Of a stretch of 64,000 nucleotides of DNA, positions 9,845 through 19,423 are shown piece by piece. The stretch spans positions 27,375 through 91,374 of the forward strand of contig DXDH01000071.1 in NCBI GenBank assembly GCA_019115565.1, written 5' to 3'. The notes below the pieces were generated by a model. That model was not told the DNA's origin and did no database searches. It saw only the letters and a list, made by a program, of their open reading frames with translations. A program made the translations under genes and the position numbers. Numbering within the stretch: the stretch's first letter is position 1; every line of letters begins with the position of its first letter. The stretch comes from Candidatus Borkfalkia excrementipullorum (GTDB lineage: Bacteria > Bacillota > Clostridia > Christensenellales > Borkfalkiaceae).

Positions 9845-12800
9845 TTAATATTCTATCGCGCCTTCGAATACCTGCTTGACGCTGCCGGTAAGGCGCACCG
9901 TGCCGTCGGAGGAGTAGCGGACAATCAAATCGCCGCCGCGCACTTTGACGGTTATATCCTCGTCTTGTTTGCAATATCCGTTGAGAACTGCCGCAATCAC
10001 GCTGGCAGCTGCACCCGTACCGCAGGCGAGCGTTTCACCGTTGCCGCGCTCCCAAACGCGCATTTTCAGCGTTTTGTCGTTGACGACGCGCACAAATTCC
10101 GCATTGATTCGCTGCGGGAAATACTCCGCATACTCAAACAAAGGGCCGACATTCGCCACATCGACGGCATCGACTTTGTCGCAGAACACTACACAGTGCG
10201 GGTTGCCGACGTTGACGAGCGTAACCGCATAATCCTGCCCGCCGATAGAAATATTTCTCCCGACGACGGTATCACCTTCCAAAGTAGACGGAATAGATTT
10301 TCCGTCCAAAACGGCTTTGCCCATATCGACACTGACCGAGCTGACTTTGCCGTTGAAAGTATACAGCTGCAATTCCTTGACGCCGCTGAGCGTTTCGATG
10401 GTAATTTTGTTATTCTTTACAATTCCGTTATCAAACAAATATTTTGCGACGCAGCGAATCGAGTTGCCTGCCATCGCGCCCTCGCTGCCGTCCTTGTTGA
10501 AGATGCGCATCTTCGCGTCCGCCACGTCCGATTTTTCGATGAGCGTGATGCCGTCGCCGCCGATGCCGTAATGCCTGTCGACAAAGTTGATTGCGAGTGA
10601 TTCGGGGCAGGTTATCTTTCCGTCCATATTGTCAAAGAAGATATAGTCGTTGCCGCAGCTCTGCATCTTGATAAAGTTCAGCTTCAGCTTGTCGGTGCGC
10701 AGATGATTGATGTCGACGAGCTCGGTATTGCTCTCGTTGAAGCGGCTCGCGATGATGTCGGCGAGAGCGTTCGCCGTATCCAGGCTGGTGAGCGTCGTGA
10801 TGCCGAGCAATATCGCGTGATGGTACATGCGGATATAGTCGTTGATGGAATCCATATCCGTCTTGCCGGTGTAAACGATATAATCGATTTTTCCCTCGTC
10901 CATCAAATGGAAAATCTCGTCGCTCTGCGAGAGCCTGTCCACCGTCGTAACTTCCACGCCGAGGGTGCGGATGGTATCCGCCGTGCCCTTCGTCGCATAG
11001 ATATTCAGGCCGAGGTCGCTGAACTTTTTGGCAAGCCCTAAAATCTCAAATTTATCCTGGTCGTTGATGGTGAAATAGACGCCGACCTGGCGCTGTTTGG
11101 TGGGATGGCACAGCTTAAAGCCCGCCGAAACCAACCCCTTAAAAAGAGCTTCCTCGATGGTCTTGCCGATGCCGAGCACCTCGCCCGTCGATTTCATCTC
11201 CGGCCCGAGCTGGGAATTTACGTCGTTGAGTTTTTCAAAGGAAAATACCGGCACTTTGACGGCGACATACGGCGAGGTTTTATACAATCCTGTGCCATAG
11301 CCTAGCTTTTTCAGTTTCGCCCCGACCATGATTTTTGTCGCGAGCTCCACCATCGGCACGCCCGTCACTTTGGAGATGTACGGAATCGTGCGCGAAGCGC
11401 GGGGGTTAACTTCAATGACATACAACTCGTTATGGAAAACGAGGAACTGGATATTGATAAGCCCCTTCGTCTTGAGCGAAAGCGCAAGCTGCGTGGAGCA
11501 CTCGATTATTTTATCCAGCATGATGTCGCTCAGGTTGTACGGCGGATATACGGCGATGGAGTCGCCGCTGTGCACGCCCGCGCGCTCGATGTGCTGCATT
11601 ATTCCGGGGATGAGCACGTCCTTTCCGTCGCTGATGACGTCCACTTCCAGCTCCTGCCCCATCAGATACTTGTCGCAAAGCACGGGGTTTTCAATGTGCT
11701 GGGCGAGAATCACGTCCATATAGCGGGAAATATCATTCTCCGTAAACGCGATGGTCATGTTCTGCCCGCCGATGACGTAGGACGGGCGCAAAAGCACCGG
11801 GTAGCCGAGTTTGTCGGCTGCCGCCAGCGCCTCCTCTTTTGTCATGACCGTGAGCCCCTTCGGGCGGCTGATGCCGAAGCGCTCGAGCAGTTCGTCGAAG
11901 CGTTCCCTGTCCTCCGCCATGTCGACGCTGTCCGCCGAGGTGCCGAGGATACGGATTCCCTTCTTATCCAGGTAGTTGCACAGCTTGATTGCCGTTTGTC
12001 CGCCGAAGGTGATGACAACGCCGTACGGTTTTTCCTTGTCGATGACGTTCTGCACGTCCTCAGGGGTAAGCGGCTCAAAGTACAGCCTGTCCGCCGTGTC
12101 GAAATCGGTGGAAACCGTTTCCGGGTTGTTGTTGATGATGATAACTTCGTAGCCGAGTTTTTTCAGCGTCCAGACGCAGTGCACGGAGGAATAGTCGAAC
12201 TCGATGCCCTGCCCGATGCGAATCGGCCCCGAACCGATGACGATGATGCGCTTCTTCGTGCTCTCCGCAATGAACGGAGTTGCCTCGTCGTGCGAATACT
12301 CGTCGTAAGTCGAGTAGAAGTACGGCGTTTCCGCCGCAAATTCCGCCGCGCAGGTATCGACCATTTTATAGACGGCCTTTCTGTGGTACGGAATTTTCTG
12401 CCCCGAAAGATTTTCAAGTTCGTGGTCGGGGTACCCGAGGCGCTTGCCCTCGTCGTACAGCGCGCGCGTCAGCTTTTCGCTCTGCAAACGGCGCTCGTAC
12501 TTGACCAAATTGTTGAGCTTGGAGAGGAACCATCGGTCGATTTTCGTGATTTCAAAAATCTCGTCTACGGATATCCCCGCTTTCAAGGCGGCGAAGACCG
12601 TGAACAGCCGCTCGTCGGAAAGTTTTTTTAATTCTTCCCGCAAATCCACCCCTTCATACTTGTTGAGGTTGAGGGAGGAAAGGGAAATTTCCGCGCCGCG
12701 CACCGCCTTCATAATCGCCATTTCAAAGGAGGTGCCGATGGACATCACTTCGCCCGTCGCCTTCATGCGGGTGCCGAGTTCGCGCTTCGCATACAGGAAT

Positions 12801-13891
12801 TTATCGAACGGCCATTTTGGCAATTTTACGACAACATAGTCGAGCGCAGGCTCGAAGCAGGCGTACGTCTTGCCCGTGACGTCGTTCTTGATTTCGTCGA
12901 GGGTATAGCCGAGCGCAATTTTCGTTGCGACCTTCGCAATGGGATAGCCCGTCGCCTTGGAAGCGAGCGCCGAAGATCGCGAAACGCGGGGGTTGACCTC
13001 GATGACGGAATACTCAAAAGAGTTGGGATTGAGCGCAAATTGACAGTTGCACCCCCCTTCAATCTGCAATTCGGAGATGATGTCCAAAGACGCCGTGCGG
13101 AGCATCTGGTACTCTTTATCGGAGAGAGTGACCGCGGGCGCAATAACGATGGAATCGCCCGTATGGATACCGACGGGGTCGAAGTTTTCCATGGAGCAGA
13201 CGGTCAGAACATTTCCCGCACCGTCGCGCAAAACTTCGAACTCAATCTCTTTCCACCCGTAAATATATTTCTCAACCAACACCTGCGTGATGGGCGAGAG
13301 CATCAGGCCGTTGTGCGAGATGGTGCGCAGCTCCTCTTCGTTGTACGCCACGCCGCCGCCGGCGCCGCCGAGCGTAAATGCGGGGCGGATGATGACGGGA
13401 TACCCGATTTTATTCGCCACCGCGACGCACTCTTCCACGGTATACGCGATATCGGAGGGAACGACCGGCTGCCCAATCTTCTGCATCGTCTCCTTGAAGA
13501 GTTCCCGGTCTTCCGCGCGGTCGATTGCGTCCACCTTCGTGCCGATGAGTTTGACGCCCCATTTATCGAGGAATCCTTCCTTTGCGAGTTTGCAGCCGAT
13601 AGTCAGCCCCGTCTGTCCGCCGAGGGAAGCGAGAAGGCTGTCCGGCCGCTCTTTAATGATGATGCGCTTGATAGAGTCGATGGTGAGCGGCTCGAGATAA
13701 ATTTCATCCGCGAGCGCCTCGTCCGTCATGATGGTCGCAGGGTTGGAGTTGCACAATACGACGTTCACGCCCGCATCCTTCAAAACGCGGCACGCCTGCG
13801 CGCCCGCATAGTCGAACTCCGCGGCCTGTCCAATCACAATCGGGCCGGAGCCGATTACGAGAACCTTTTTTATATCGCTCCTTTTAGGCAT
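9845..13891 (-). CDS. carB: Carbamoyl-phosphate synthase large subunit fused to a C-terminal diaminopimelate-epimerase-like (DapF-fold) domain
   Basis: Starts MPKRSDIKKVLVIGSGPIVIGQAAEFDY; two ATP-grasp halves and an MGS domain; continues in frame into KMQSCGNDY...RHYGIGGDG...NVGNPHCV...ERGNGETLACGTGA. Confidence 0.95.
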   Translation of the reverse strand: MPKRSDIKKVLVIGSGPIVIGQAAEFDYAGAQACRVLKDAGVNVVLCNSNPATIMTDEALADEIYLEPLTIDSIKRIIIKERPDSLLASLGGQTGLTIGCKLAKEGFLDKWGVKLIGTKVDAIDRAEDRELFKETMQKIGQPVVPSDIAYTVEECVAVANKIGYPVIIRPAFTLGGAGGGVAYNEEELRTISHNGLMLSPITQVLVEKYIYGWKEIEFEVLRDGAGNVLTVCSMENFDPVGIHTGDSIVIAPAVTLSDKEYQMLRTASLDIISELQIEGGCNCQFALNPNSFEYSVIEVNPRVSRSSALASKATGYPIAKVATKIALGYTLDEIKNDVTGKTYACFEPALDYVVVKLPKWPFDKFLYAKRELGTRMKATGEVMSIGTSFEMAIMKAVRGAEISLSSLNLNKYEGVDLREELKKLSDERLFTVFAALKAGISVDEIFEITKIDRWFLSKLNNLVKYERRLQSEKLTRALYDEGKRLGYPDHELENLSGQKIPYHRKAVYKMVDTCAAEFAAETPYFYSTYDEYSHDEATPFIAESTKKRIIVIGSGPIRIGQGIEFDYSSVHCVWTLKKLGYEVIIINNNPETVSTDFDTADRLYFEPLTPEDVQNVIDKEKPYGVVITFGGQTAIKLCNYLDKKGIRILGTSADSVDMAEDRERFDELLERFGISRPKGLTVMTKEEALAAADKLGYPVLLRPSYVIGGQNMTIAFTENDISRYMDVILAQHIENPVLCDKYLMGQELEVDVISDGKDVLIPGIMQHIERAGVHSGDSIAVYPPYNLSDIMLDKIIECSTQLALSLKTKGLINIQFLVFHNELYVIEVNPRASRTIPYISKVTGVPMVELATKIMVGAKLKKLGYGTGLYKTSPYVAVKVPVFSFEKLNDVNSQLGPEMKSTGEVLGIGKTIEEALFKGLVSAGFKLCHPTKQRQVGVYFTINDQDKFEILGLAKKFSDLGLNIYATKGTADTIRTLGVEVTTVDRLSQSDEIFHLMDEGKIDYIVYTGKTDMDSINDYIRMYHHAILLGITTLTSLDTANALADIIASRFNESNTELVDINHLRTDKLKLNFIKMQSCGNDYIFFDNMDGKITCPESLAINFVDRHYGIGGDGITLIEKSDVADAKMRIFNKDGSEGAMAGNSIRCVAKYLFDNGIVKNNKITIETLSGVKELQLYTFNGKVSSVSVDMGKAVLDGKSIPSTLEGDTVVGRNISIGGQDYAVTLVNVGNPHCVVFCDKVDAVDVANVGPLFEYAEYFPQRINAEFVRVVNDKTLKMRVWERGNGETLACGTGAAASVIAAVLNGYCKQDEDITVKVRGGDLIVRYSSDGTVRLTGSVKQVFEGAIEY

Positions 13892-14963
13892 TGCGCTTTC
13901 CTCCTTTGTCCATGTTGGCAATAAAACGGTCGAAGAGATACGAGGCATCCAAAGGCCCCGAGCATGCTTCCGGGTGGAACTGCACGGTGAACGCGTTCAT
14001 ATCGCCGTAATCGACGCCCTCGCAGGTATTGTCGTTCGCGTTGACAAAGCTGATTTTGCCGACCGACTGCACCGACTCGTTGATGACCTCGTAGCCGTGG
14101 TTCTGGCTGGAGATGTACACCCTGCCCGTCTCCAGATTTTTGACGGGCTGGTTGGTGCCGCGGTGGCCGTACTTCATCTTTTTGGTTTTGCCGCCCATCG
14201 CAAGCGCGAACAGCTGGTGCCCCAGGCAGATGCCGAATACAGGCAGCCTGCCCGCCAGCTTTTTGATGTTTTCGATGATTCCGACGTTTTCGGCAGGGTC
14301 GCCCGGGCCGTTGGTGAGCATCAACCCGTCCGGCTTTAAGGCAAGAATCTGTTCCGCAGTATACGAAGCGGGCACGCGCACGACCTTGCAGCCGCGCTTG
14401 ACGAGCTCGCGCACGATATTCTCCTTTGCTCCGAAGTCCCACAGCGCTACCGTGCGTTTATTGCCATCGCCGTAGACGGCGGGTTCGGCGCAGGTCACGC
14501 TTTCCACCGCGTTGCGGATGGCGTACTTTTTAATTTCATTGATATCATTCACGGGGCGCGTAGAGATTACGGCGTTCATTACGCCCGTCTCGCGGACAAT
14601 GCGCGTCAGTTGGCGCGTATCGACGCCGTACACGCCGACGATTCCCTGCGCCTTTAAATAATCGTCTAACTTGCCTTCACAGCGGAAATTGGACGGCTCT
14701 TCGCAATATTCCCGCACAACATACGCGGAAAGGAACGGCTTGCGGCTCTCCGCATCGGCGGGAATCATGCCGTAGTTGCCAATCAGCGGAAATGTCTGAA
14801 TTACGATTTGCCCGTAATAGCTCGGGTCGGTCAGTGTTTCGATATAGCCGGTCATGCCCGTCGTGAAGACGAGTTCGCCCACCACATCGCCGCGCGCGCC
14901 GAAGCGCTTGCCTTCAAATACCTGTCCGTTTTGCAGCGTTAAATAAACTTTTTCTTCCTTCAT
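13884..14963 (-). CDS. carA: Carbamoyl-phosphate synthase small subunit
   Basis: GELVFTTGMTGY, NGPGDP, GICLGHQ catalytic Cys, QFHPE. Confidence 0.97.
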   Translation of the reverse strand: MKEEKVYLTLQNGQVFEGKRFGARGDVVGELVFTTGMTGYIETLTDPSYYGQIVIQTFPLIGNYGMIPADAESRKPFLSAYVVREYCEEPSNFRCEGKLDDYLKAQGIVGVYGVDTRQLTRIVRETGVMNAVISTRPVNDINEIKKYAIRNAVESVTCAEPAVYGDGNKRTVALWDFGAKENIVRELVKRGCKVVRVPASYTAEQILALKPDGLMLTNGPGDPAENVGIIENIKKLAGRLPVFGICLGHQLFALAMGGKTKKMKYGHRGTNQPVKNLETGRVYISSQNHGYEVINESVQSVGKISFVNANDNTCEGVDYGDMNAFTVQFHPEACSGPLDASYLFDRFIANMDKGGKRNA

Positions 14964-15005
14964 ATGCGACCCTATAAAATATTTTTAATCGATTGCTGAA
15001 ACAAG

Positions 15006-15908
15006 TTATTTGAGCAATTTGCAGAGCACCGCTTTCTGCGCGTGCAGCCTGTTTTCCGCTTCGTCGAAAATTTCGTCGGCATGCGCCTCGAAAACCTCGT
15101 CGGTAATCTCTTCGCCGCGGTGCGCGGGCAGGCAGTGCAGCACCATCGCATCCGGTTTCGCGACGGAAAGCAACTCTTTATCGACGCAATAATTCCGGAA
15201 CACCTTTTCGCGCTCCGCCTTTTCGCTCTCCTGCCCCATCGACGCCCACACGTCAGTATAGAGCACGTCGGCGCCCTCCGCCGCTCTTTTCAAATCGGAG
15301 GTGACGGTAAACTTGCCGTTTTCGGCCGCCCACTTCATGATTTCCGCATCGGGGCGGTAAGTATCGGGGCAGGCAATCGCAACTTCCATGCCCGTCTTGA
15401 TGCCGCCGACGATGAGGGAGTTCGCCATGTTATTCCCGTCGCCGACAAAGCACAGTTTCAGCCCCTTCAGGCTGCCTTTATACTCGCGGATTGTCATTAA
15501 ATCGGCGAGCACCTGGCAGGGATGGCAATAATCGGTGAGCCCGTTGATAATGGGAATGGAGCCGTATTTCGCCAAATCCTCCACGTCCTGCTGCGCGAAT
15601 GTGCGAATCATAATTGCGTCGAGATAGCGCGAAAGCACCCGCACAGTATCCTTAATCGGCTCGCCGCGCCCAAGCTGAATGTCGCGGTCGGACAAAAACA
15701 GCGCGGTGCCGCCGAGCTCGGTCATACCGACTTCAAAGCTGACGCGCGTACGCGTGGAAGACTTCGTAAAAATCATGCCCAATTTTTTGCCCGCGAGGTG
15801 CGGATGCGGAATGCCGTTCTTTCTCTCGTATTTCAGCTGGTCGGCAAGATTCAGAATACCGAAAATCTCTTCGGCGGAAAGGTCTGCAAGTTTCAGTAAA
15901 TGCTTCAT
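15006..15908 (-). CDS. argF: Ornithine carbamoyltransferase
   Basis: SSTRTRVSFE, HPCQ, SMG, HCLPAHRG. Confidence 0.97.
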   Translation of the reverse strand: MKHLLKLADLSAEEIFGILNLADQLKYERKNGIPHPHLAGKKLGMIFTKSSTRTRVSFEVGMTELGGTALFLSDRDIQLGRGEPIKDTVRVLSRYLDAIMIRTFAQQDVEDLAKYGSIPIINGLTDYCHPCQVLADLMTIREYKGSLKGLKLCFVGDGNNMANSLIVGGIKTGMEVAIACPDTYRPDAEIMKWAAENGKFTVTSDLKRAAEGADVLYTDVWASMGQESEKAEREKVFRNYCVDKELLSVAKPDAMVLHCLPAHRGEEITDEVFEAHADEIFDEAENRLHAQKAVLCKLLK

Positions 15909-17071
15909 TCGGAAATCACCTCGTTCAAAATTCTCAGCCCAAAATCAATCTCGTCCTTTTTAATCGTGAGCGGCGGAAGCAGGCGAACCCTGTCCTTCGC
16001 CGTCAAAACAATCAATCCTCTTTCGAGGCACGCCTCGGAAACGGCGCGCGCCTTTTTCGTCGTCAAGAGGCCAATCATCAGCCCCATGCCCGTCACTTCG
16101 GTTACGTTTTTAATTCGGCCGAGGTGCGTAAACATGTATGCGCTCTTGCCCTGCACTTCAAGCAGCAAATTTTTATCGATGCGCGAAAGAATGCTGCAGG
16201 CACCCGCGCAGGCGACGGGATTGCCGCCGAAAGTCGAGCCGTGGTCGCCCGCGGCAAAAACCTTTTCCGTCTTTTCAAAGAACATCGTCGCCCCGAGCGG
16301 CAATCCGCCCGCAAGCCCCTTCGCCGTCGACACGATGTCGGGGGAAATGCCGAACTGTTCGTAAGCGTACAGCGTTCCCGTGCGGCCGTTGCCCGTCTGA
16401 ACCTCGTCAATTATCAATAAAATGTCGTTTTTCTTGCAGAATTTTTCGATTTTCTGCACCTCTTCAACGGGAAGCGGGCGCACGCCGCCCTCCCCCTGCA
16501 TGAGTTCGAGCATAACGGCGCAGGTCGCCTTTGTGCATTTTGCACGCACACTCTCGAACGTCGGCTCGGCGTAATCAAAGCCGTCCAGCATCGGCGCGAA
16601 ACTGCGGTGCATCGCTTCCTGCCCCGTCGCGGACAGAGTCGCCATCGTCCTGCCGTGGAAGGAATTTTTCAGCGTAACGATGCGGAAGCGTCCCTCGCCG
16701 TATTTATCGAAGGAATACTTGCGAGCCGCCTTGATGGCACACTCGTTCGCCTCCGCGCCCGAGTTGGAAAAGAATACCTTTTTGGCGCCCGTGCGGGAGC
16801 AGAGCATCTCCGCGAGCTCTGCCTGCGGGCGTGTGTAATATAAGTTGCTCGCGTGCTGTACTTTATTCAGCTGCGCGATGACGGCGTTTTTCCACTCCTC
16901 GTCGTTCACCCCGAAGGAATTGACCGCGATGCCGCTGCCGAAATCGACATACTTTTTTCCCGATTCCGACCAAAGCGTCGCCCCTTCGCCGCGGCAAAGG
17001 TCGGTCGGAAACCGGCTGTAAGTGTTCGCAATGTACTGTTGGTCTTTCTGCTTTATCTCTTCAAAGCTCAT
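15905..17071 (-). CDS. argD: Acetylornithine aminotransferase (class III PLP)
   Basis: NSGAEANE, SFHGRT, DEVQTG, AKGLAGG, HGSTFGGNP; arg-cluster context. Confidence 0.93.
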   Translation of the reverse strand: MSFEEIKQKDQQYIANTYSRFPTDLCRGEGATLWSESGKKYVDFGSGIAVNSFGVNDEEWKNAVIAQLNKVQHASNLYYTRPQAELAEMLCSRTGAKKVFFSNSGAEANECAIKAARKYSFDKYGEGRFRIVTLKNSFHGRTMATLSATGQEAMHRSFAPMLDGFDYAEPTFESVRAKCTKATCAVMLELMQGEGGVRPLPVEEVQKIEKFCKKNDILLIIDEVQTGNGRTGTLYAYEQFGISPDIVSTAKGLAGGLPLGATMFFEKTEKVFAAGDHGSTFGGNPVACAGACSILSRIDKNLLLEVQGKSAYMFTHLGRIKNVTEVTGMGLMIGLLTTKKARAVSEACLERGLIVLTAKDRVRLLPPLTIKKDEIDFGLRILNEVISE

Positions 17072-17089
17072 AATGCACCTATTTTATCT

Positions 17090-17118
17090 ATTCTATCACA
17101 AATCGCCGGGGAAAGCAA
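17090..17118 (-). promoter_or_regulatory. Internal sigma-A promoter upstream of argD
   Basis: Minus strand TTGCTT-17 bp-TAGAAT with extended -10 (TGa) in the 128-bp argB-argD gap. Confidence 0.6.
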
Positions 17119-17199
17119 TTGTTTCCCCCTCCATTTTGCGCACGCTTTTGCGGAAGTTTTTCCCGCCGCAAAAACTCATAAAAAGAGACCGATTAAAAA

Positions 17200-18072
17200 T
17201 CAGTCTCCGTTCACAAACATGGTGCCGATACCTTGGTCGGACAATGTTTCGACGAGGATGGAATGTTCCACCCTTCCGTCAATTATAAATACTTTTTTAA
17301 CGCCGCGGCGAATCGCCTCGCGGCAGCAATCGATTTTCGGAATCATGCCGCCCGAGATGATTCCCTGTTTGACGAGCGAAGGAATATCGCTCACGTAAAT
17401 TTTTTCGATGAGGCTGGATTCGTCGTCCTTGTTGCGAAGAACCCCCTTCGTATCGGTCATGAGAATGAGGCTGGTCGCCCCGAGCGCCCCTGCAATCACT
17501 GCGGAAGCGGTGTCGGCGTTGACGTTATAGATATGCCCCTCGTTGTCATACCCGACGGTAGAAACAACGGGGATATATCCGGCGTCGAGCGCGTCGGTAA
17601 TGACCTTGGTGTTCATATCGGTAATTTTTCCGACATAGCCGAGCCGCTCGTCCGCCTTGCAGCACTTCATCATGTGCCCGTCGATGCCGCACAGCCCGAG
17701 CGCCTTGCCACCGATGCTCTCCAAAAGGTTGACCAGCGATTTATTGATTTTGCCCGCCAGCACCATGCGCACGATTTCCGCCGTCTCCTCGTCCGTGTAC
17801 CGAAGCCCGTCGACAAAGACGGATTCTTTGCCGACCTTTTTGAGCATTTCGGAAATTTCCGGCCCGCCCCCGTGCACCAACACGACTTTGACGCCGATTA
17901 AATTGAGAAGAACGATGTCCCGCATGACGGACATCTTCAACTGCTCGTTAATCATAGCGTTTCCGCCGTATTTGACGACGATAATCTTTCCGTTATAGTC
18001 CTGAATATACGGCAGCGCCTCGATGAGCACCTGCGCGCGGAATTTTTTGTCGTTGATTTGGTTGATATCCAT
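17200..18072 (-). CDS. argB: Acetylglutamate kinase
   Basis: VVKYGGNAM, VHGGGPEI, GLRYTD, NVNADT, GGMIPK. Confidence 0.97.
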   Translation of the reverse strand: MDINQINDKKFRAQVLIEALPYIQDYNGKIIVVKYGGNAMINEQLKMSVMRDIVLLNLIGVKVVLVHGGGPEISEMLKKVGKESVFVDGLRYTDEETAEIVRMVLAGKINKSLVNLLESIGGKALGLCGIDGHMMKCCKADERLGYVGKITDMNTKVITDALDAGYIPVVSTVGYDNEGHIYNVNADTASAVIAGALGATSLILMTDTKGVLRNKDDESSLIEKIYVSDIPSLVKQGIISGGMIPKIDCCREAIRRGVKKVFIIDGRVEHSILVETLSDQGIGTMFVNGD

Positions 18073-18125
18073 ATTATATTGCCGCCTTTCGTTCGCTTCA
18101 AATTCAATAATAAAACCGTCTGATT

Positions 18126-19337
18126 TCAGGTGCGGTAATCGCCGTTAATCTTTACATAATCGTAGGTCAAATCGCAGCCCCACGCCGTCGCCCTGCCGCC
18201 GCGGTCGTTCATGTTGATGAGTATTTCGATTTCGTCACAGGAGAGAATTTTTTTCGCCTCTTCCTCCGAGAACGGTATGCCGCTTCCGCCGCGGCACACG
18301 GCGAGCGTGCCCGCTTTGCTCTTAAAATCCACGTCGATTTTCGTTATATCCGCATCCGCGCCCGCATAGCCGATTGCACAGAGCACCCGTCCCCAGTTTG
18401 CATCCGCGCCGAACATCGCCGCTTTGAACAGGGAAGACTTGATAATTGATTTTGCAATGAGCTTCGCCGCGCTCTTGCTCTTAGCCCCGCTCACCTTACA
18501 TTCGAGGAGCTTCGTCGCGCCCTCGCCGTCTTTGGCGATGCGGCGGCAAAGGTTTGTCGTAACCTTGTTCAAAGCCTTGCGGAAAATCAAATAATCCTTT
18601 CCGTTTTCCTCGATACAGTCGTTGCCCGCCAAACCGTTTGCGAGCACGCAGACCATGTCATTCGTCGAGGTATCCCCGTCGACGCTGACCATATTGAAGG
18701 AATCCTTTACATCGGCGGAGAGCGCCTTTTGCAGCATCGCCGGCGAGATGGAAACGTCTGTCGTAATAAAGATGAGCATGGTCGCCATGTTCGGGTTAAT
18801 CATACCGACGCCCTTGCCAATCGCCCCGATTTTGCACTCCTTTCCGCCGAGCGTAAAGGTATAGGCGATTTGCTTATCGACCGTGTCCGTGGTCATGATG
18901 CCCTGCGCCGCAAACAGGCTGTTATCGCCCAGCCCTTTGACGAGTTCGTCCATGCCGGCCGCAATCGGTTCCAGCGAGAGGGGCTGGCCAATCACGCCCG
19001 TCGACGCGACGACGACATCCTCCGCGGGGATACCCGTCTTATCGGAAACGAGGCCGCACATGCCCTCCGCGATTTCCTCACCGTTTGCGTTGCAGGTGTT
19101 GGCATTGCCGCTGTTGCAGACAATCGCCTGCGCATAGCCGTCCGCCACGTGCCGCTTTGTCACGGTGATGGGCGCGCCCTTCACAAGATTCTGCGTATAT
19201 ACGCACGCCGCCGAACAGCGCACGTCACTCACGATGAGCGCCAAATCTCTCTTTGTCTTATTTTTGCGGATACCGCAATGCACGCCGTTCGCTTTAAACC
19301 CCTCGGGCGCGCACACACCGCCTTCAATCTTTTTCAT
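18126..19337 (-). CDS. argJ: Ornithine acetyltransferase / N-acetylglutamate synthase ArgJ
   Basis: NSGNANTC, STGVIG, IMTTDT, GMINPNMATML autoprocessing site, DGDTSTND, WGCDLTYDYVKING. Confidence 0.97.
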   Translation of the reverse strand: MKKIEGGVCAPEGFKANGVHCGIRKNKTKRDLALIVSDVRCSAACVYTQNLVKGAPITVTKRHVADGYAQAIVCNSGNANTCNANGEEIAEGMCGLVSDKTGIPAEDVVVASTGVIGQPLSLEPIAAGMDELVKGLGDNSLFAAQGIMTTDTVDKQIAYTFTLGGKECKIGAIGKGVGMINPNMATMLIFITTDVSISPAMLQKALSADVKDSFNMVSVDGDTSTNDMVCVLANGLAGNDCIEENGKDYLIFRKALNKVTTNLCRRIAKDGEGATKLLECKVSGAKSKSAAKLIAKSIIKSSLFKAAMFGADANWGRVLCAIGYAGADADITKIDVDFKSKAGTLAVCRGGSGIPFSEEEAKKILSCDEIEILINMNDRGGRATAWGCDLTYDYVKINGDYRT

Positions 19338-19423
19338 AACCAAACCTCAATTCAAAACTTCCAATCCAAGCAATTCAGCCGAAGTAAATCCGCTCGCGCT
19401 TTCCGCCTTTCCCGTTTCCTCGC

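Noticed and set aside
10680-10720. Possibility that carB-dapF is two genes joined by a lost stop codon
   Set aside because: No RBS or start codon at the DapF N-terminus and the linker reads as ordinary coding sequence; treated as a true fusion, pending homologue comparison
11432-12631. 399-aa plus-strand ORF and similar ORFs antisense to carB
   Set aside because: Shadow ORFs from the GC-rich codon bias of carB; no recognisable motifs or RBS
13891-13948. ORF-track start of carB at 13948
   Set aside because: Overlaps carA by 65 bp; the canonical MPKR start at 13891 has an upstream AGGAGG
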